The notes: generated by a model from the letters alone, not told the origin. Positions 1 through 12,691 are shown, counted from the first letter of the stretch. The stretch is 64,000 nucleotides of DNA from a virus (IMGVR_UViG_3300005253_000361:1-64000); one strand, 5' to 3'. Program-made: numbers and translations.

Positions 1-113
1 GCGCCACCCACTATGAAACGGGCGCGCGCAGGCGCGAAGATTAGCTGATTGATTTCATTCTGAGTTCTGCGCCAGAGGGATTCGTGGCCGGCGCAGACTG
101 TAGCGGGTTGGAT

Positions 114-175
114 GATCGGGTTGGATGATCGGATCGGATCAGCCGGATAGGTTGATCGGATCGGATGATCGGATC
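114..175. repeat. low-complexity GGATC/GATCG tandem tract
   Basis: 8 GATC sites within about 62 bp in a non-coding stretch. Confidence 0.7.
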
Positions 176-304
176 GGATGGATACGAGTGAGCTTGAGGC
201 TCGAGCTCCGCCCGATCAGATGACGTACTAGGTGCGTCTAGGGGTTCCGGATCGAGGGGATACGGAACCAGAGCTGGCAACTGTTGCCAAAGGAGAGGGG
301 AACA

Positions 305-736
305 ATGAAAAAGCACAGCAGAATCAGAGTCACCTCACATCCACCCGATGGGCGGCCGCCCCACACCACCTCACTCCAGATGATTCTGTGGGGGCTCGGG
401 TTCCAGTTGCTCTGGGGGGGTCTGCCCCGCTTGCCGGAGCAGGAGCTGACCTACTGTGAGGCGATCGGGATGGCGCAAGTAGGTGGGCCCGTGATGGTGC
501 GGGGCCCGTACGTGAAGTGCTACCGGGAACGTCTTGGTGGGGCGCTGTACGGGATGATGGGGGGACTCGAACGCCAGAGTGTCGCGGCTGCGGAACGGCG
601 CCGCACCTGGTGGAGGCTCCAGCTCGCCCTCATGGGGGTGAGGATCCACGGCCCCCAGTGGGAGCACGAGTGGCTCGATGAGATCGAGCTCTGCCATGAC
701 CTGATGGTGATCGAGGCACGGGAGGTGACGGCGTAG
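305..736 (+). CDS. hypothetical protein, first gene of the left-arm array
   Basis: ATG at 305 preceded by AAGGAGAGGGG SD and the palindrome at 275-289; in frame with ORF 284..736. Confidence 0.55.
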   Translation: MKKHSRIRVTSHPPDGRPPHTTSLQMILWGLGFQLLWGGLPRLPEQELTYCEAIGMAQVGGPVMVRGPYVKCYRERLGGALYGMMGGLERQSVAAAERRRTWWRLQLALMGVRIHGPQWEHEWLDEIELCHDLMVIEAREVTA

Positions 737-1024
737 TCGCGATGATTTAACGGGAGGAGGGGGATCGGCACGATTGAGGGTGGGGCTCGAGTCTTTAGGG
801 GTGGGGTGGCTCGGGCTCCACGTGTCGATCTGGTGATCTGATCGGGATTCGATCGGGTCTCCAGATGGACTCAACAGAAGCGGCAACCGTTGCCAACCTG
901 AATGATGTGGCCCACCGCTACGTCCCGGGAGAGGTGCGCCAGAGGGTGGTGTTTTTGAACCCCGGGGAGGGCGGCAACGATTACCAAAGGTGGCACTGAG
1001 GGGCCACGAAAGGAGAGGGGAACC

Positions 1025-1237
1025 ATGTTAGAGATAGCGCCTGCGAGCGAGTTCAAGCTGCGTCCCGGGATGTTGGTACTGGGAAAGGTCAACCACACTC
1101 AAGTACCGGGAAAGATCAGCAGGATCACCCGGGGAGAGGTTGTGGTGGATTTCTCCGGTACGGGCTACGGGTTCACGAAGGCGATGCGCCGGCGGAACCT
1201 CCAGGTCGTGTTGACCCGGAAGGCACGGATCATTTGA
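1025..1237 (+). CDS. small hypothetical protein
   Basis: Complete upstream hairpin + SD module; 70-aa ORF. Confidence 0.6.
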   Translation: MLEIAPASEFKLRPGMLVLGKVNHTQVPGKISRITRGEVVVDFSGTGYGFTKAMRRRNLQVVLTRKARII

Positions 1238-1825
1238 GCTTTCCCTCCAGTAAGCCGTTCCGGGCTCGAGATCGGGCCCCGATGCCGGTGATGCGACGGT
1301 ACAGATTCGAGGACTGGGGGACCGGTGTGCATCACGGTGAGCTCCAGGTTCCCGTGGGAGTGAAGCGCGACCACACCGTGCCGGAGAACCATGCCGGGAG
1401 AGAGCACTCGGAGCCGCGGCGATACCGGGTTGACCCCCGCCACCGGAACTGATCGGCAACGATTGCCGAAGGAGAGGATGATGAGAGATCTGATGTTGGA
1501 TCTGGCGTGGGACCTACTGGTCATATGTTTCGGGTGCCAAGCCATCTACTACGGTGTGCAGAGCTATGCGCTCGAGGTCGGCGGGGAGTACTTCGCAGCC
1601 TTCGGCGCCAACGGCTTGATGGTGATGGGGGTCGTCTTCATGGGGATCTCCCTGATGGGCCGGGTGGTGATGAAGCAGCCCCAACTCGAGGAGATCGAGG
1701 GATGAAATACCTGAATCTCTATCTGACCGAACTGGGACTCTTGTAGGCGCACCTAGCCCGTATCAACCCGCTTGGTGCGGGCGTGGGGTGCTGTAATGGG
1801 GCAGCACCTAGAACTAGGAGACAGC

Positions 1826-2176
1826 ATGAACACACCAACAAATACCGACGACATCATTGACTCGCGTGACGTGATCGAGGCTATCGACACGATGCGATAC
1901 TGCTGCGACGGGGCAGACGAAGCGCTGGATTTCGCCGCGCTGGTGAAATTCGCTGCCGAGGGGGAAGACTACGCCCCTGACTGGGCCTACAGTACGGCTC
2001 TAATTCGAGACAGCTACTTCGAGGAATACGCGCAAGAGCTGGCAGAGGACATCGGTGCTATCAAAGCTGACGCAGGTTGGCCCTGCGGCTACATCGACTG
2101 GGAACGTGCGGCACGCGACTTACAGATGGACTACACATGCGTCGATTTCGACGGCGTTACCTACTGGACTCGATGA
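1826..2176 (+). CDS. ArdA-like antirestriction (DNA-mimic) protein
   Basis: Very acidic; C-terminal YAQELAEDIG...GYIDWERAARDL matches the ArdA C-terminal motif pattern; AGGAG SD. Confidence 0.6.
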   Translation: MNTPTNTDDIIDSRDVIEAIDTMRYCCDGADEALDFAALVKFAAEGEDYAPDWAYSTALIRDSYFEEYAQELAEDIGAIKADAGWPCGYIDWERAARDLQMDYTCVDFDGVTYWTR

Positions 2177-2440
2177 GCGAACCTTGGCCGCTTCCAGACG
2201 AACGGGGGGCCGGATCTGTGCTGCTACGTGGAGGACCACGTGGCGTGCTCGTTCCCGGAGATCCGCCCGCACTACGAGTGATGCTGAGTACTACGCTCGA
2301 AGCCCCCGAGCTGAGGTTCGGGGGTTGGTGGGTCGATTTGGCAACGAGTGCCAAGCCCGGACTTGACGGTCCGGTTTAACCTGCTACTCTAATTGGCAAC
2401 ACTTGCCAGCTGAGGGGCTGGTAGAAAGGAGAGGGGAACC

Positions 2441-2788
2441 ATGACTGACTTCATGAAGTCAGTCATACACGTGGTGGATTCCCACCGCGGTGTCTACAGC
2501 GCGCAGTACTTCGCCGAGCGCTTCGGGTACGAGATTCGGAACCAGTGTCCGGATCTCGCTCAAGATATCGACGAGCTCCTGGCTGGCCCCGAGGGGAACA
2601 GCCAGTACTTCGAATCCTGGATCCGGGTGCTGGACGAGGGATCCGTTACCGACCTCGGAACTGGGGACCGGTGGATCATCCACGAGTCCGAAGGGATCTA
2701 CTTGGCACTCGACACCCTGGAGTGGTGCGAGGGCTGTGATTGGTTCCGCGGCCCGGAGTGTGGCGAGTGCGCCAGGTGGGCCGCCTGA
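2441..2788 (+). CDS. hypothetical protein
   Basis: Complete palindrome + hairpin + SD module upstream. Confidence 0.6.
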   Translation: MTDFMKSVIHVVDSHRGVYSAQYFAERFGYEIRNQCPDLAQDIDELLAGPEGNSQYFESWIRVLDEGSVTDLGTGDRWIIHESEGIYLALDTLEWCEGCDWFRGPECGECARWAA

Positions 2789-3728
2789 TGCCGCTCCTCA
2801 ACAGAGAACGGCCGGAGATCGGCGAGACTTGGTGCTACCCGGGGCACGAGTGGCGCCGGGTGCTCCAGATCCCCGAGAAGGCAGCGCGTGCGTGGGTCGA
2901 GTCGGTGGTGCCGGCCGGCACCAACATGGGCGCGGGGCCGATTGATCCCGGCGAGACCCGGGCGGCATTCCGGTGGATCTGGCTGAACAAGCTGGCTGTC
3001 GTGGTGGATAACGGCATCATGTGGCCCAGCCGACGCGATGGTGCCTCGATCGCCCTGTACGACCACGACGGGACCTACTGGGTGCTCCAGTACCGCGGGG
3101 ATACGTAGCTCTGATTGGCAACGATTGCCCGCTGAGGGGCGGGCTGAAAGGAGAGGGGAACCGTGCACACTAGTTTTTGGTTGGGCCTCGTGGCGGGGAT
3201 TCAGGTCTGCTGGTTCGTCATGTTTGGCTGCCGGCTGATCTTCGGCCGGGGAGTGATGGATCAGCTCCGGTGGACCTGGATCAACCTGAAGATTCGGATC
3301 AACAAGTGGGCGGCTCGGAGGCTTGCCGAACTCGGGGAGCGGGACTGATGCGCCCCCCGGGATTTGGGCTGGATATCGAGTTCGTCGTGATGACCGGTGG
3401 TGGGAGCGAGATGGATCTGCACCACCACGGAGGGGAGCGGGTCTACGGGTGCGTCGGGGTGGATGTGGCGTGCTTGCTCGGGATGGTGAGGGCGGTCTTG
3501 GTGCTGGATCCCGATGCCGAGGTCAAGATCCGAGGATGCACCTGTGGCAGTTGCACACGGGCTCGAGTGGATCAGGAGTTCGGCGAGGGGGCGACACCGT
3601 ACCCGGAGAAGCTGCCCCCCGAAGAACTGCACCTCGGGGAGGGCGATCCATTCAGCTGTGACTGCGAGACGAGGCTCTGATTGGCAACGATTGCCAGCTG
3701 AGGGGCTAGTGGAAAGGAGTGGGAACCG

Positions 3729-4127
3729 ATGAAATACCAACGAAAGATAGAGGTGCCGGCAGCGATCTGGATCCGTCTACGCAACGCCTCCCGGAACGTT
3801 CTCATGGCGGTGGATTGCGGCAGTTCGGATGAATCCATGATTCTGTATCTGGCGGCACTCAAGCAGGCTCTCAAGCGGGCTGATGCGTACGCCTTCGGGC
3901 AACCGTTGCCGGAGGAGCAGTCGGAGAGCCCCCTCGGTAGGACCCAGGGGGATTACCTGCCGCGCCGGATGAGCGATCTGGTCCAGCAGCTGGAGACCAA
4001 CATCCAGGGCTACCTCGATGGGGAGCTCCCGGGACCGGCGGCGATCTCGGGGATCCGGGAGGGGATGATGTCGATCCGGAAGGAGATCGCGAGTGACTAC
4101 TTGCGCCGACTGGAGAGGACCGGATGA
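3729..4127 (+). CDS. hypothetical protein
   Basis: Complete upstream module at 3682-3728. Confidence 0.55.
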   Translation: MKYQRKIEVPAAIWIRLRNASRNVLMAVDCGSSDESMILYLAALKQALKRADAYAFGQPLPEEQSESPLGRTQGDYLPRRMSDLVQQLETNIQGYLDGELPGPAAISGIREGMMSIRKEIASDYLRRLERTG

Positions 4128-5413
4128 GGCATCCGGGCTGGATGAGGTTCCGGGTAGTTCTGGCGGAGATCTGGATGCGGTGCCGACACCCCCGAACCCA
4201 CGATGAGTACCGGGTGGTATCCGAGTGGGTGGGCGGACAGATCTGGATCGAGCACCCCGGGGGGGTTGATCGGTATCTACGGATTGTCAAGCGTGCCGAG
4301 GAACTGGCAAGGATTGCCAAGGGGGAGTGATGTGGCATCTGACGAAGGAGAAGCGGGACCATTTCTGTGAGTGGCTCCGGGGGGTCGATGCGTTCACGAT
4401 CCCGTTGCCTGGGAGCTGGGGCCGAGACCACACCGCGATAGCGGTACGGTACGCCGAGGATTGCCGGGAGGTTGAGGAGGCCCAGACGGATTACGCGGCC
4501 GTCCGGGGGGCGGAGCTGTTCGCCTGGACAGAGCGAGTGCTGGCCGCCGGGGGGCTGAACGCGGAGCTGGTGCGTCAGGGGGATTTGTTGGTGTATGCGG
4601 TCGAGCAACGGGTGCCGTTCGTGCTGCCGAGGGAGAGAGAATCAAGTGGGCCACCGGAGGATGCGGGCCTATGTGAGTGCGGGCACGGGGACGTCTGGCA
4701 CGTAGAGGGGAGAGAGTGCATACACCAAACTTTTCGGGGCGGGGAACTCCTGTACTGCGAGTGTGAGAGGTGGGTGGCCCGATACCCAGAAGCGGAGGGG
4801 GAGTGATGACTGAAGTCGAGGGACCGCTGTTCGTGGATGACTGCAAGCACGGGAAGGATTGCTACGTCGGGACGGTCGAGGTGGTGCACCGCCGTGGTGC
4901 CGAGCTCGCCCGTTACGACGTGTACGTGTTCGATGACAGGATTCTTGGGCCGGAGGTGTGCCTGAGGTTCGGGGATGAGGGCGGGGAGTACGTCTCGCCC
5001 GGGCGCGTGGCGGATTTCGTCAAGACCGCGGGATGTCACTGGGCCGAGGGCTACCAGACCGAGTACACGGCGGCGCTGGAGCTCCTGATGGCCAGGGGAC
5101 AGATTGGTTGGCAACGGTTGCCGGCCAAGGAGGGGGATTGACCAATGAGATGCTCGTGTGACATGCAGGGCAACAAAGTCGTGAGCCTCTGTGGGGCGCA
5201 CGTCGAGTACGTGAGGCACCTGACGGAGCCACAACCGACCGAGCTAGAGAGGGCAATCTCGAAGGTATTCAACCTGGTTTGTCGCTGTGGGTCGACTCAG
5301 GTCGAGGTCGATAGCACGGTGGGGTACTCGAACCTCAGTGGGATGTGGGGGGGTGTCTCGTTGCGCTGCCTCGCCTGCGGGGCCACTGCCGAGATCTGGG
5401 ACACGGACCACTG

Positions 5414-5980
5414 ATGCGGATCAAGATCTACCCTGAGATCTGGCTTACGGCCGACACCCACTTCTTCCACAACTTCATGGCGGAGACGATCCGGGGGTTC
5501 TTCAGTGCCCACGAGATGAACGCGGAGATTATCCGACGGTGGAACCTCAAGGTTGGCCCGAAGGATACGGTGTACCACCTGGGGGACTTCGCTCTTGCGC
5601 CGGCCCACATGGTGCTACCGATTCTGGACCAGCTCAACTTCGCCCAGATGTTCCTCCTCCGGGGGAACCACGATGGGTGGCTGAACAAAGAGGCCAAGAG
5701 CCGGTTCCAGTTCGTGAAGGATTACCACTACGCCCACCTGGGGGACCAGCGGGCGGTGCTGTGCCACTACGGGTTTCGCAGCTGGAACAACGCGAAGCAC
5801 GGCGTGTGGAACCTCCACGGGCATTCACACGGGAACCTTCCGGAGCTAGGGAATCTGCAGACTGACGTCGGGATGGATTGCTGGGACCTGGCACCGGTGC
5901 ACGTGGATGAGCTCAAGGTTCACTTTGCGGGCCGGAGTAACGATCTGGAGGACCACCACGACCAGTCGTGGGACGACTAA
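5414..5980 (+). CDS. calcineurin-like metallophosphoesterase
   Basis: Motifs ADTHFFH, YHLGDF, LRGNHD, LCHY, HGHSH. Confidence 0.9.
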   Translation: MRIKIYPEIWLTADTHFFHNFMAETIRGFFSAHEMNAEIIRRWNLKVGPKDTVYHLGDFALAPAHMVLPILDQLNFAQMFLLRGNHDGWLNKEAKSRFQFVKDYHYAHLGDQRAVLCHYGFRSWNNAKHGVWNLHGHSHGNLPELGNLQTDVGMDCWDLAPVHVDELKVHFAGRSNDLEDHHDQSWDD

Positions 5981-6855
5981 ACATGCCGTGTTCCTGGGGT
6001 ACTGCTGATCGGAAGAAGGCAGATGGGGAGCTACTTCGTGAGGGCGGGGTAGTTTCCTGGGGAATCTACCCCAGGAGCCCGGCTGATTTGGCAATGGTTG
6101 CCGGGTGAGGGCCCGGCTGAAAAGGAGAGGGGAACCGATGAAAGATCCATTGGATGAGGCGTACCTAGCTGGACGTCGGGGAGCGGAGCAGAGGATTGAG
6201 CTACTTGAGCACTTGCTTCGCCTGCTTGCGGTTCAAGGTCTTCAATCGCAACAGTACCGGAACGACTCAGAGTTTCGGGGCACGGTGGATGAGGCGCTCG
6301 CGCTGGTGCCGACGCCCGGAGGAGTGCCGGTGTGGGACGAGGGGTACCAGGATTATGTATGAGCGACACTACGCCCGGATCACGATCCTGGACAGCCTCA
6401 ACGTCACGCGGCTGACCGAGATCTTGGTGGTTCGGTACCAGGGGTTCGAGATGGAACCGGTGTCGGATGGCCACTACGGGATACGGTCCGGCGAGAGTTC
6501 TGCGCGGACCTGCGGGAGATCCTGAAGGAAGAGCTCGGGTACACGGAGGAGACCCTCGCCCACATGGAGTGGGAGTTCTTCTGGCGCGAGGAAGCTCCCC
6601 GGAGAGAGGATATCGATGATGAGTAGCGAAGAATTGTGTCAGAGGTGTCGGCATCTGAGGAACTTGCACGGCAGGGCGTTCCATCCCTGCTGCAAGATTT
6701 GGGGCTGCGATTGCCAGAAGTTCGTGCCGCCTGTAGAGGCCCCGTTGCAGGAAGAGGACCTGGAGCCTGGGGACGTTGAGGTGACGATCGAGGAGGCTTC
6801 GGCCTTCTTGGACGAGGACTGACTGGCAAGTGTTGCCGATCAAAAGGAGGGGGAG

Positions 6856-7305
6856 ATGATACCGCGATTGAGACTCGCGAGGGTGGCGGAGTACGAACCG
6901 CCTCCCTATGGGGATGAACCAGCACGACACCCAGACCAGCTAGCTGAGTGGTTACGAACTCTGATAGATCCCGATAACGATACCGTGTCGGAGTCCTTCT
7001 GGGTGCTCCATCTAGACGCCCGAAATCAGATCATCGGGTGTGTTCGCCAGTCCGAGGGGGGATGGAGTGGTGCTGTGGTGAAGCCTCGGGAGGTGTTCGC
7101 TGCAGCTCTACTGAATGGAGCTCAGGCGATCGTGATAGCGCACAACCACCCGAGCGGAGATCCAACACCAAGCCACCAGGATCGGCAGCTTACAAATCAG
7201 TTGTGCGAGGCCGGCAAACTCCTGGGGGTGAAGCTGCTGGATCACATCGTTCTAGGGACTCCGGGGGGATACCTCAGCTTCAGAGAAAGCGGATTACTCG
7301 ATTGA
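6856..7305 (+). CDS. RadC-like JAB/MPN domain protein
   Basis: PREVF...AHNHPSGDPTPSHQD...LLDHIV motif. Confidence 0.9.
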   Translation: MIPRLRLARVAEYEPPPYGDEPARHPDQLAEWLRTLIDPDNDTVSESFWVLHLDARNQIIGCVRQSEGGWSGAVVKPREVFAAALLNGAQAIVIAHNHPSGDPTPSHQDRQLTNQLCEAGKLLGVKLLDHIVLGTPGGYLSFRESGLLD

Positions 7306-7614
7306 TCCACCACTACAGGAGGGGGAGATGAACGAACCAAATCTGCACCACACACTGGTGGGCCGGAAGATCGTGTCGGTCGACAGATTCACGGACGAGG
7401 AGCTCAGGGAGATGGGCTGGTACCGGGATGGGGGCGAGGTGATCCTGATCCTGGACGACGGCAGCTTCCTGTTCGCGCAGAGCGACTCCGAGGGGAACGG
7501 GGCCGGGGCCATGATGCATGGCATCGATGATGAGTGCCGGCTGGTCCGGAGGGGCGGAGAGGTCTGAGTGGCAACACTTGCCAGCTGAGGGGTTGGCAGA
7601 AAGGAGAGGGAACC

Positions 7615-8340
7615 ATGCAGGATTTCTGTCGGGAACTTATTACCGCCACCTGGTCGCAACCGTACTTCATGTACTACGGGGACGCAGACCGGGATACCGA
7701 CGCGTTCACATTCAGCCGCACTCGAGACTCCAGTGTGCTGGAGATCAGCAACTTTGACACGGTCTACCGAGATCTCGAGGAGCGCTTCCCGAATGACGTC
7801 TGGATCGAGCAGTCCAGCCACTTCCTGTGCGGGTGGGTGGACAACATCGTGGTTCGGATGTTGACCGCGGGGGATGGTCCGCTTGGGGGGCCGCAACCGA
7901 CTGCGGCCGCCAGTGCGGTTCGGGAGTGGATCGATGCCCTGGCGGATTACCCGGTGGCGGACGACGGCGCGTTCAGCGAGGCCGAGTACGACGCCAAGGT
8001 CGAGACTCTCAGGTGGAACTTCGGGTGCGACCTCGAGGAAGCCGAGCTCGTGCTCCGGTGGATGCACCGCTGCGACACCCCTGGGGTGGATGCCTTCAGC
8101 GACGACTTCTGGCCCGAGCAGAGCGACGTCGATGTGGCGCTCCTGGAACTGGGGCTCCGGATGCAGTGCCGGGACTGCGGGGACGTGCTGGAACCGGACG
8201 AGGTGACGGAGCGACGAGGGGTCTGTCGGTTCTGCACCTACGGGTATCGGATCCGAAGCTGGTTCCGGGGCCTCCAGTCTCGGCTCCAGACCGAGTCCTT
8301 CCTGCGGCAGCGGAAGCGGTTCGGAATCACGCGGTACTGA
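7615..8340 (+). CDS. conserved phage hypothetical protein
   Basis: Complete upstream module; RDSSVLEISNF and LADYPVADD segments. Confidence 0.6.
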   Translation: MQDFCRELITATWSQPYFMYYGDADRDTDAFTFSRTRDSSVLEISNFDTVYRDLEERFPNDVWIEQSSHFLCGWVDNIVVRMLTAGDGPLGGPQPTAAASAVREWIDALADYPVADDGAFSEAEYDAKVETLRWNFGCDLEEAELVLRWMHRCDTPGVDAFSDDFWPEQSDVDVALLELGLRMQCRDCGDVLEPDEVTERRGVCRFCTYGYRIRSWFRGLQSRLQTESFLRQRKRFGITRY

Positions 8341-8371
8341 TTGGCAACGGTTGCCCAGGAGGAGGATTGAC

Positions 8372-8887
8372 ATGGGCTGGACAGGACACCCAAATACCAA
8401 CAAAACAGCACACGAGTTGGTCGTCGAAGAGATTGAATGGGGCTCCCCGCAGCGGCACAAGGTCGTGGCGCACTCGGGGAAGTATTACGCCGTGGAGAAC
8501 CTGCAGACAGGGGAGGTCTGGGGACTGGTGGCGTTGATCGACCGCGGCGACGGGGAGATCGCGACGAAGCTGGTCGACGAATCCATGGGGCCCTACGAGA
8601 CCGAGTGCCCAGCTAGTGTGCTGAACCGACTGACGGAGCCGGCGCCGAACGACTATGCCCGGCAGTGGAGACAGAAGTGCCGGGAACGTCTGGCCCGCAT
8701 GGCCAAGCAGCCGAGGCTGAGACCGGGGGATCAGATCAGGTTCGCCAGGCCGGTTGAGTTTCGGGGCGGCATTGAGGTTTCGGACATGCACTTCGTCGGG
8801 GGCTTCACGTTCTTGGCGGGACACCTGCGGCTCAAGCTGCCGCGCAACTGGAAGACGCGCTACGAGTGGGAGCTCGTGGCTCACTAA
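8372..8887 (+). CDS. DUF6927-like protein
   Basis: MGW start; DESMGPYETECPASVL...ARQWRQKCR motif. Confidence 0.55.
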   Translation: MGWTGHPNTNKTAHELVVEEIEWGSPQRHKVVAHSGKYYAVENLQTGEVWGLVALIDRGDGEIATKLVDESMGPYETECPASVLNRLTEPAPNDYARQWRQKCRERLARMAKQPRLRPGDQIRFARPVEFRGGIEVSDMHFVGGFTFLAGHLRLKLPRNWKTRYEWELVAH

Positions 8888-8901
8888 GGAGGGGGAAACG
8901 T

Positions 8902-9309
8902 ATGAGTCGAATCACCGATCTCAACATGAGCATCGCGGACGTCTGCGTGATGCTGTCGGACAACAACCCGGGAGCTCTCACGGTCGTGATGGGAATCGTC
9001 CAGCAGGCCAAGACGATCGATCCCGATTCCGTCATGGGGTACTTGGGACCGTTGCTCGATCTCGACACCCTGGAGCTCTACGGACCGGATATCTGGATCC
9101 TCTACAAGGATGTGTGTGGCGAGGATCTGGTCATGATACTGGGCGTGCTGAGGGCACGCCAGCTAGGTCTCATCACCGATGCATCCGTGAAGGCCGCGGT
9201 GGCCGGGACTGAGGTGCTCGATCCGGAGGCTCTGTTGGAGCAGGTCCAGAAGCGGCTCCCGAAGTTTGGGCTGCCCGCAGAAGAGGTGCCGGAAGAGGCG
9301 GCGACCTAA
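8902..9309 (+). CDS. conserved phage hypothetical protein
   Basis: Strong SD; NNPGAL...LYGPDIWILYKDVC segment. Confidence 0.6.
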   Translation: MSRITDLNMSIADVCVMLSDNNPGALTVVMGIVQQAKTIDPDSVMGYLGPLLDLDTLELYGPDIWILYKDVCGEDLVMILGVLRARQLGLITDASVKAAVAGTEVLDPEALLEQVQKRLPKFGLPAEEVPEEAAT

Positions 9310-9746
9310 CTGGCAACGATTGCTAAAGGAGGGGGAGATGAGGAGTGCGTTTGCCGGTACGTACCGCGGGTACGAGATCGGCTGGCTGATCGACGACTTG
9401 ATCTGTCGGTGCCGGAAATGCGGCAAGATCATCACGCTGGGCGAGAAGCGTTGGGACGCCGAAGACGGTACTGGACCAGGGTGCTCAGAGGAGCATCTGC
9501 GGGCAATCTTTGACGAGGAGCTTGGTGCCTACGACCCAGAGGAGGTCACGGCGCAGCTCAGCTACACAGGAGGGGGAGATGTACGTGTTGGTTGTCGGTA
9601 ATCCGTTCGACGGGTTGGGCCTGTTGGGTCCGTTCGAAGATCCGGATGAGGCCTGCGAGTGGGCTCTGACGGAACTCAAGTACGACACCTGGTGGGTGAT
9701 GGAGGTCACGTTACCGGGTTTCGTGGACTGAAGGAGGGGGAGACGT

Positions 9747-10130
9747 ATGAGTACACAGGTGGTGCAGATCGGAGAGGTGGGGGTGGACAGCGGGCAACTG
9801 ATGCTGTGTGACCCCAGCTACATCGGGTCCCAGTGGTCCGAGCGGGACTGGGAAGACATGGATGTGAACCTGAACGAGCCATCCCAGGAGAGTCAGTTCG
9901 ATGGGGAGTTCAGCTACGTGGGCTGCTGCGTGAGTCGACAGGTCGAGGGGATGGCGGGTCAGCTCAATTATCGGCTCGGGCATGCCGGCGCCGGTGTCGT
10001 GACCAACACGGGACTCGGCGACGGGTGTTACCCGGTCTATGCCGAGATCGAGGACATGGGTACCTGGGGTCGGCGGGTCGTGAAGATCTGGGTCGACTTC
10101 ATGGGCGAGGAGGATGAGGACGATGCCTGA
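9747..10130 (+). CDS. DUF4241-like protein
   Basis: GVDSGQLMLCDP and TGLGDGCYPVY motifs. Confidence 0.55.
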   Translation: MSTQVVQIGEVGVDSGQLMLCDPSYIGSQWSERDWEDMDVNLNEPSQESQFDGEFSYVGCCVSRQVEGMAGQLNYRLGHAGAGVVTNTGLGDGCYPVYAEIEDMGTWGRRVVKIWVDFMGEEDEDDA

Positions 10131-12691
10131 TGTCGAGGTACAGGCCGAAGGAAGATCGCTCTACTTATTCCATCTACTGACCAGTAGGGCTCGCGAGTGG
10201 GTTCAGGAAAACGTTCCAGGTGAGACCACATTCTGGGCCGGCTCACTCGTGGTGGAGCCCCGGTACGCCGGCGATCTCGCGATCGGGATGCTGGACGACG
10301 GATTGGAGGTGGTGTGATGTGCGACGACCCAATTCGGCTTCGCGAGGTTGAGTACGATCGCGTTGCACCGAACGACAAGGCTGTCGATAAGGCATGGGAC
10401 CAGATCATGCAGATTGCCCGCAAGCACTGTCTCGTGATTCAGGCGTACGGCGGTGTGACCACATTGGCGGTTCCGGTCGAGCAACGCAAGAACGGCATTC
10501 GCGAGAAGGTTCTTCGAACCCACAGAGCAACGGAGGTGGTGTGATGCACGAGGCAGAGATTCAGTACATCCGCGAGGCTCTGCAGCAGGCCGAGGGGGAT
10601 GATCTGTACCGGGCCGAGCTTTCGTTCCGAGGAATGACCGCGGAGGCGATGGGTGAACAGTATGGTCGGTCCGGCCAGACTCGCCAGCAGATTCTCGACG
10701 AGTATCGAGAGCACGCTGCCCGCCACACGCTCGCGGTCGCGTTCTTTGAGCGGCTCGTCGGAGGGATGTGATGGGGCCCACTAAGCCCTCGCGACCGCCG
10801 GTCCGGGATGGCGGGTTTGCGGAGTGCACGGGTGAGCAATTCAGCGATGCTCTCTACTCCGTCGTGGGGCAGATGGGGGTGTCGGAGCTGATGGCGATTC
10901 CCGAGGTCGAGATGATCCTGATGGAGGAACTCAACAACCAGGTCCTGGAGGAGTGGGCCATTGGCCGGGGTCGCTGTGAGGATTGCGGGCAGCGGCTTGA
11001 AGAGAGCGGCTACTGCCAGTGGTGTAACCCAGAGGAGGAGGAAGATGGTCCGGTTGTCGGTACGGCAGAAGGAGGAGCTGCTCCGGGGTGTCTCGACTGA
11101 CACGCTTGAGCGGATGGTGCTCCAGGGGGAGAGCCGCGCGAAAGTCGGGGGGATCAACCAACGGCTCGCCCTGCTGGAGGGGAGACAACGGAAGCGCCGA
11201 GTCCTGCAGAGGGCGTCCCGGAAATAGGCCAGGGATGAGCAACACGGGGGCAAGCTGACGTCATAGGTGGGCGCCAGGTGTCCTGGTACCCCCCTGAATA
11301 TTTTCAGGGGCTGAGGGGAAGGAGAACAGCATGTTCTGTCCGGCGGATCCGCTCGAGTGGGCGGTCGCGGTAGGGCTACTGATCGTGTACCCGTTTCTGC
11401 CGAAGGGGCGGAAGCGGCAACTGAAACGGTGGATCCACCGGATCTACCACCGGTGCTGCGGAGTGGCAACGGTTGCCAAGGAGGGGGAGTGATGAGCAAG
11501 TTCGTCGTTCAGGGGTACTACGAGGACAACGACCAATTGTTCGCTATTCAGGTCGAGGCACCCACGTGGGAGCTCGCGATACCGGCCGCCGGGAAGCTCT
11601 CGGATTGCCCACAGGGAATGGTCGTGAATGCGGTCATGGAGGGGCGGCCCGAGGTGGCGGACACGCTGGAGGAGTCTGTCCGCATCCGGGACTTCAGCCA
11701 GGAGCCCTGTGACTGGCACCCGGGGGACGGGTGCGAATACTACGGGTGCACCGACGTGGACGAGGGGGAGTGATGAGCGAGACCTCGGTGGAAACATACC
11801 GGTGCCCGGACTGCGGTTCCGATGACGTGTACTCGGAGGTGGCGCTGAACTACAACGATCCCCCCGGGCGCAACATCGTAGACCTGGGACAGCCCGCGGG
11901 GAGATGCCGGGACTGTGATTCTTCCTTCCACACGACCGCCGTGCTGCACCCTGGCGAGTCCTACGACGAGGAGGAGTGATGAGCAATGTCAAATGTCCTG
12001 AATGCCGTGGCCCAGCTTGAGATTGCACGGTCGATCAAGGCGCTCGCGGATGCCATCGATCTGCAGGGTTCAAAATGACTACCGCGACATTGGTCGACCT
12101 GACGAAGCAGCAGATCGAGGAGATTTTCGAACAGGCTGAGAATCAGGCGAACTACCTACTGAAGCTGTACGCCGCCGTGGTGCCGGAGTGGGATCGGGTG
12201 AAGGCCCTCAAGGGATTCGTCCGGTGTAACCCGCTCACCGGGAGCTTCATCCTGGATCTCGCGATGAAGTTCGACCGCCAACACCATCCTGAGGTGATGG
12301 CCGGCGGCGCCTGGATGAACTCCGGATTCTCCACCCTGGGGGATGACCTCCCTGAATGGTGCGTCGGGCTACCGGAGATCCACTACGAGGAGCTTGCCGG
12401 CTGAGGGGTTGGCAAGCGTTGCCGATCAAAAGGAGGGGAACCATGAGTGAAAGCGCGCGCATCGTATTCTCCGACGGAAGAGAAGACACCTTCAAAGACC
12501 AATCCCTTGCATACAGGGTGTGGCTCGCCCTGCCGCGTGGGACACGGGCTGCGTTCAGGGCCGCTGGCGACCGCCGCCCCATAGTCCCTTGGGATTTTGT
12601 AGACAAGCCGTTTCCCTAGCCACAGAGGGGGAATCATGAGTCATCGCGACTGAGGGAACTGGCAAGCGTTGCCGATCAAAAGGAGGGGGAG

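Noticed and set aside
2394-7610. CTGAGGG...GAAA read as a hammerhead ribozyme core
   Set aside because: The core should be CUGAnGA in a three-way junction. Here UGAGGG is a hairpin loop and GAAA is the start of the SD.
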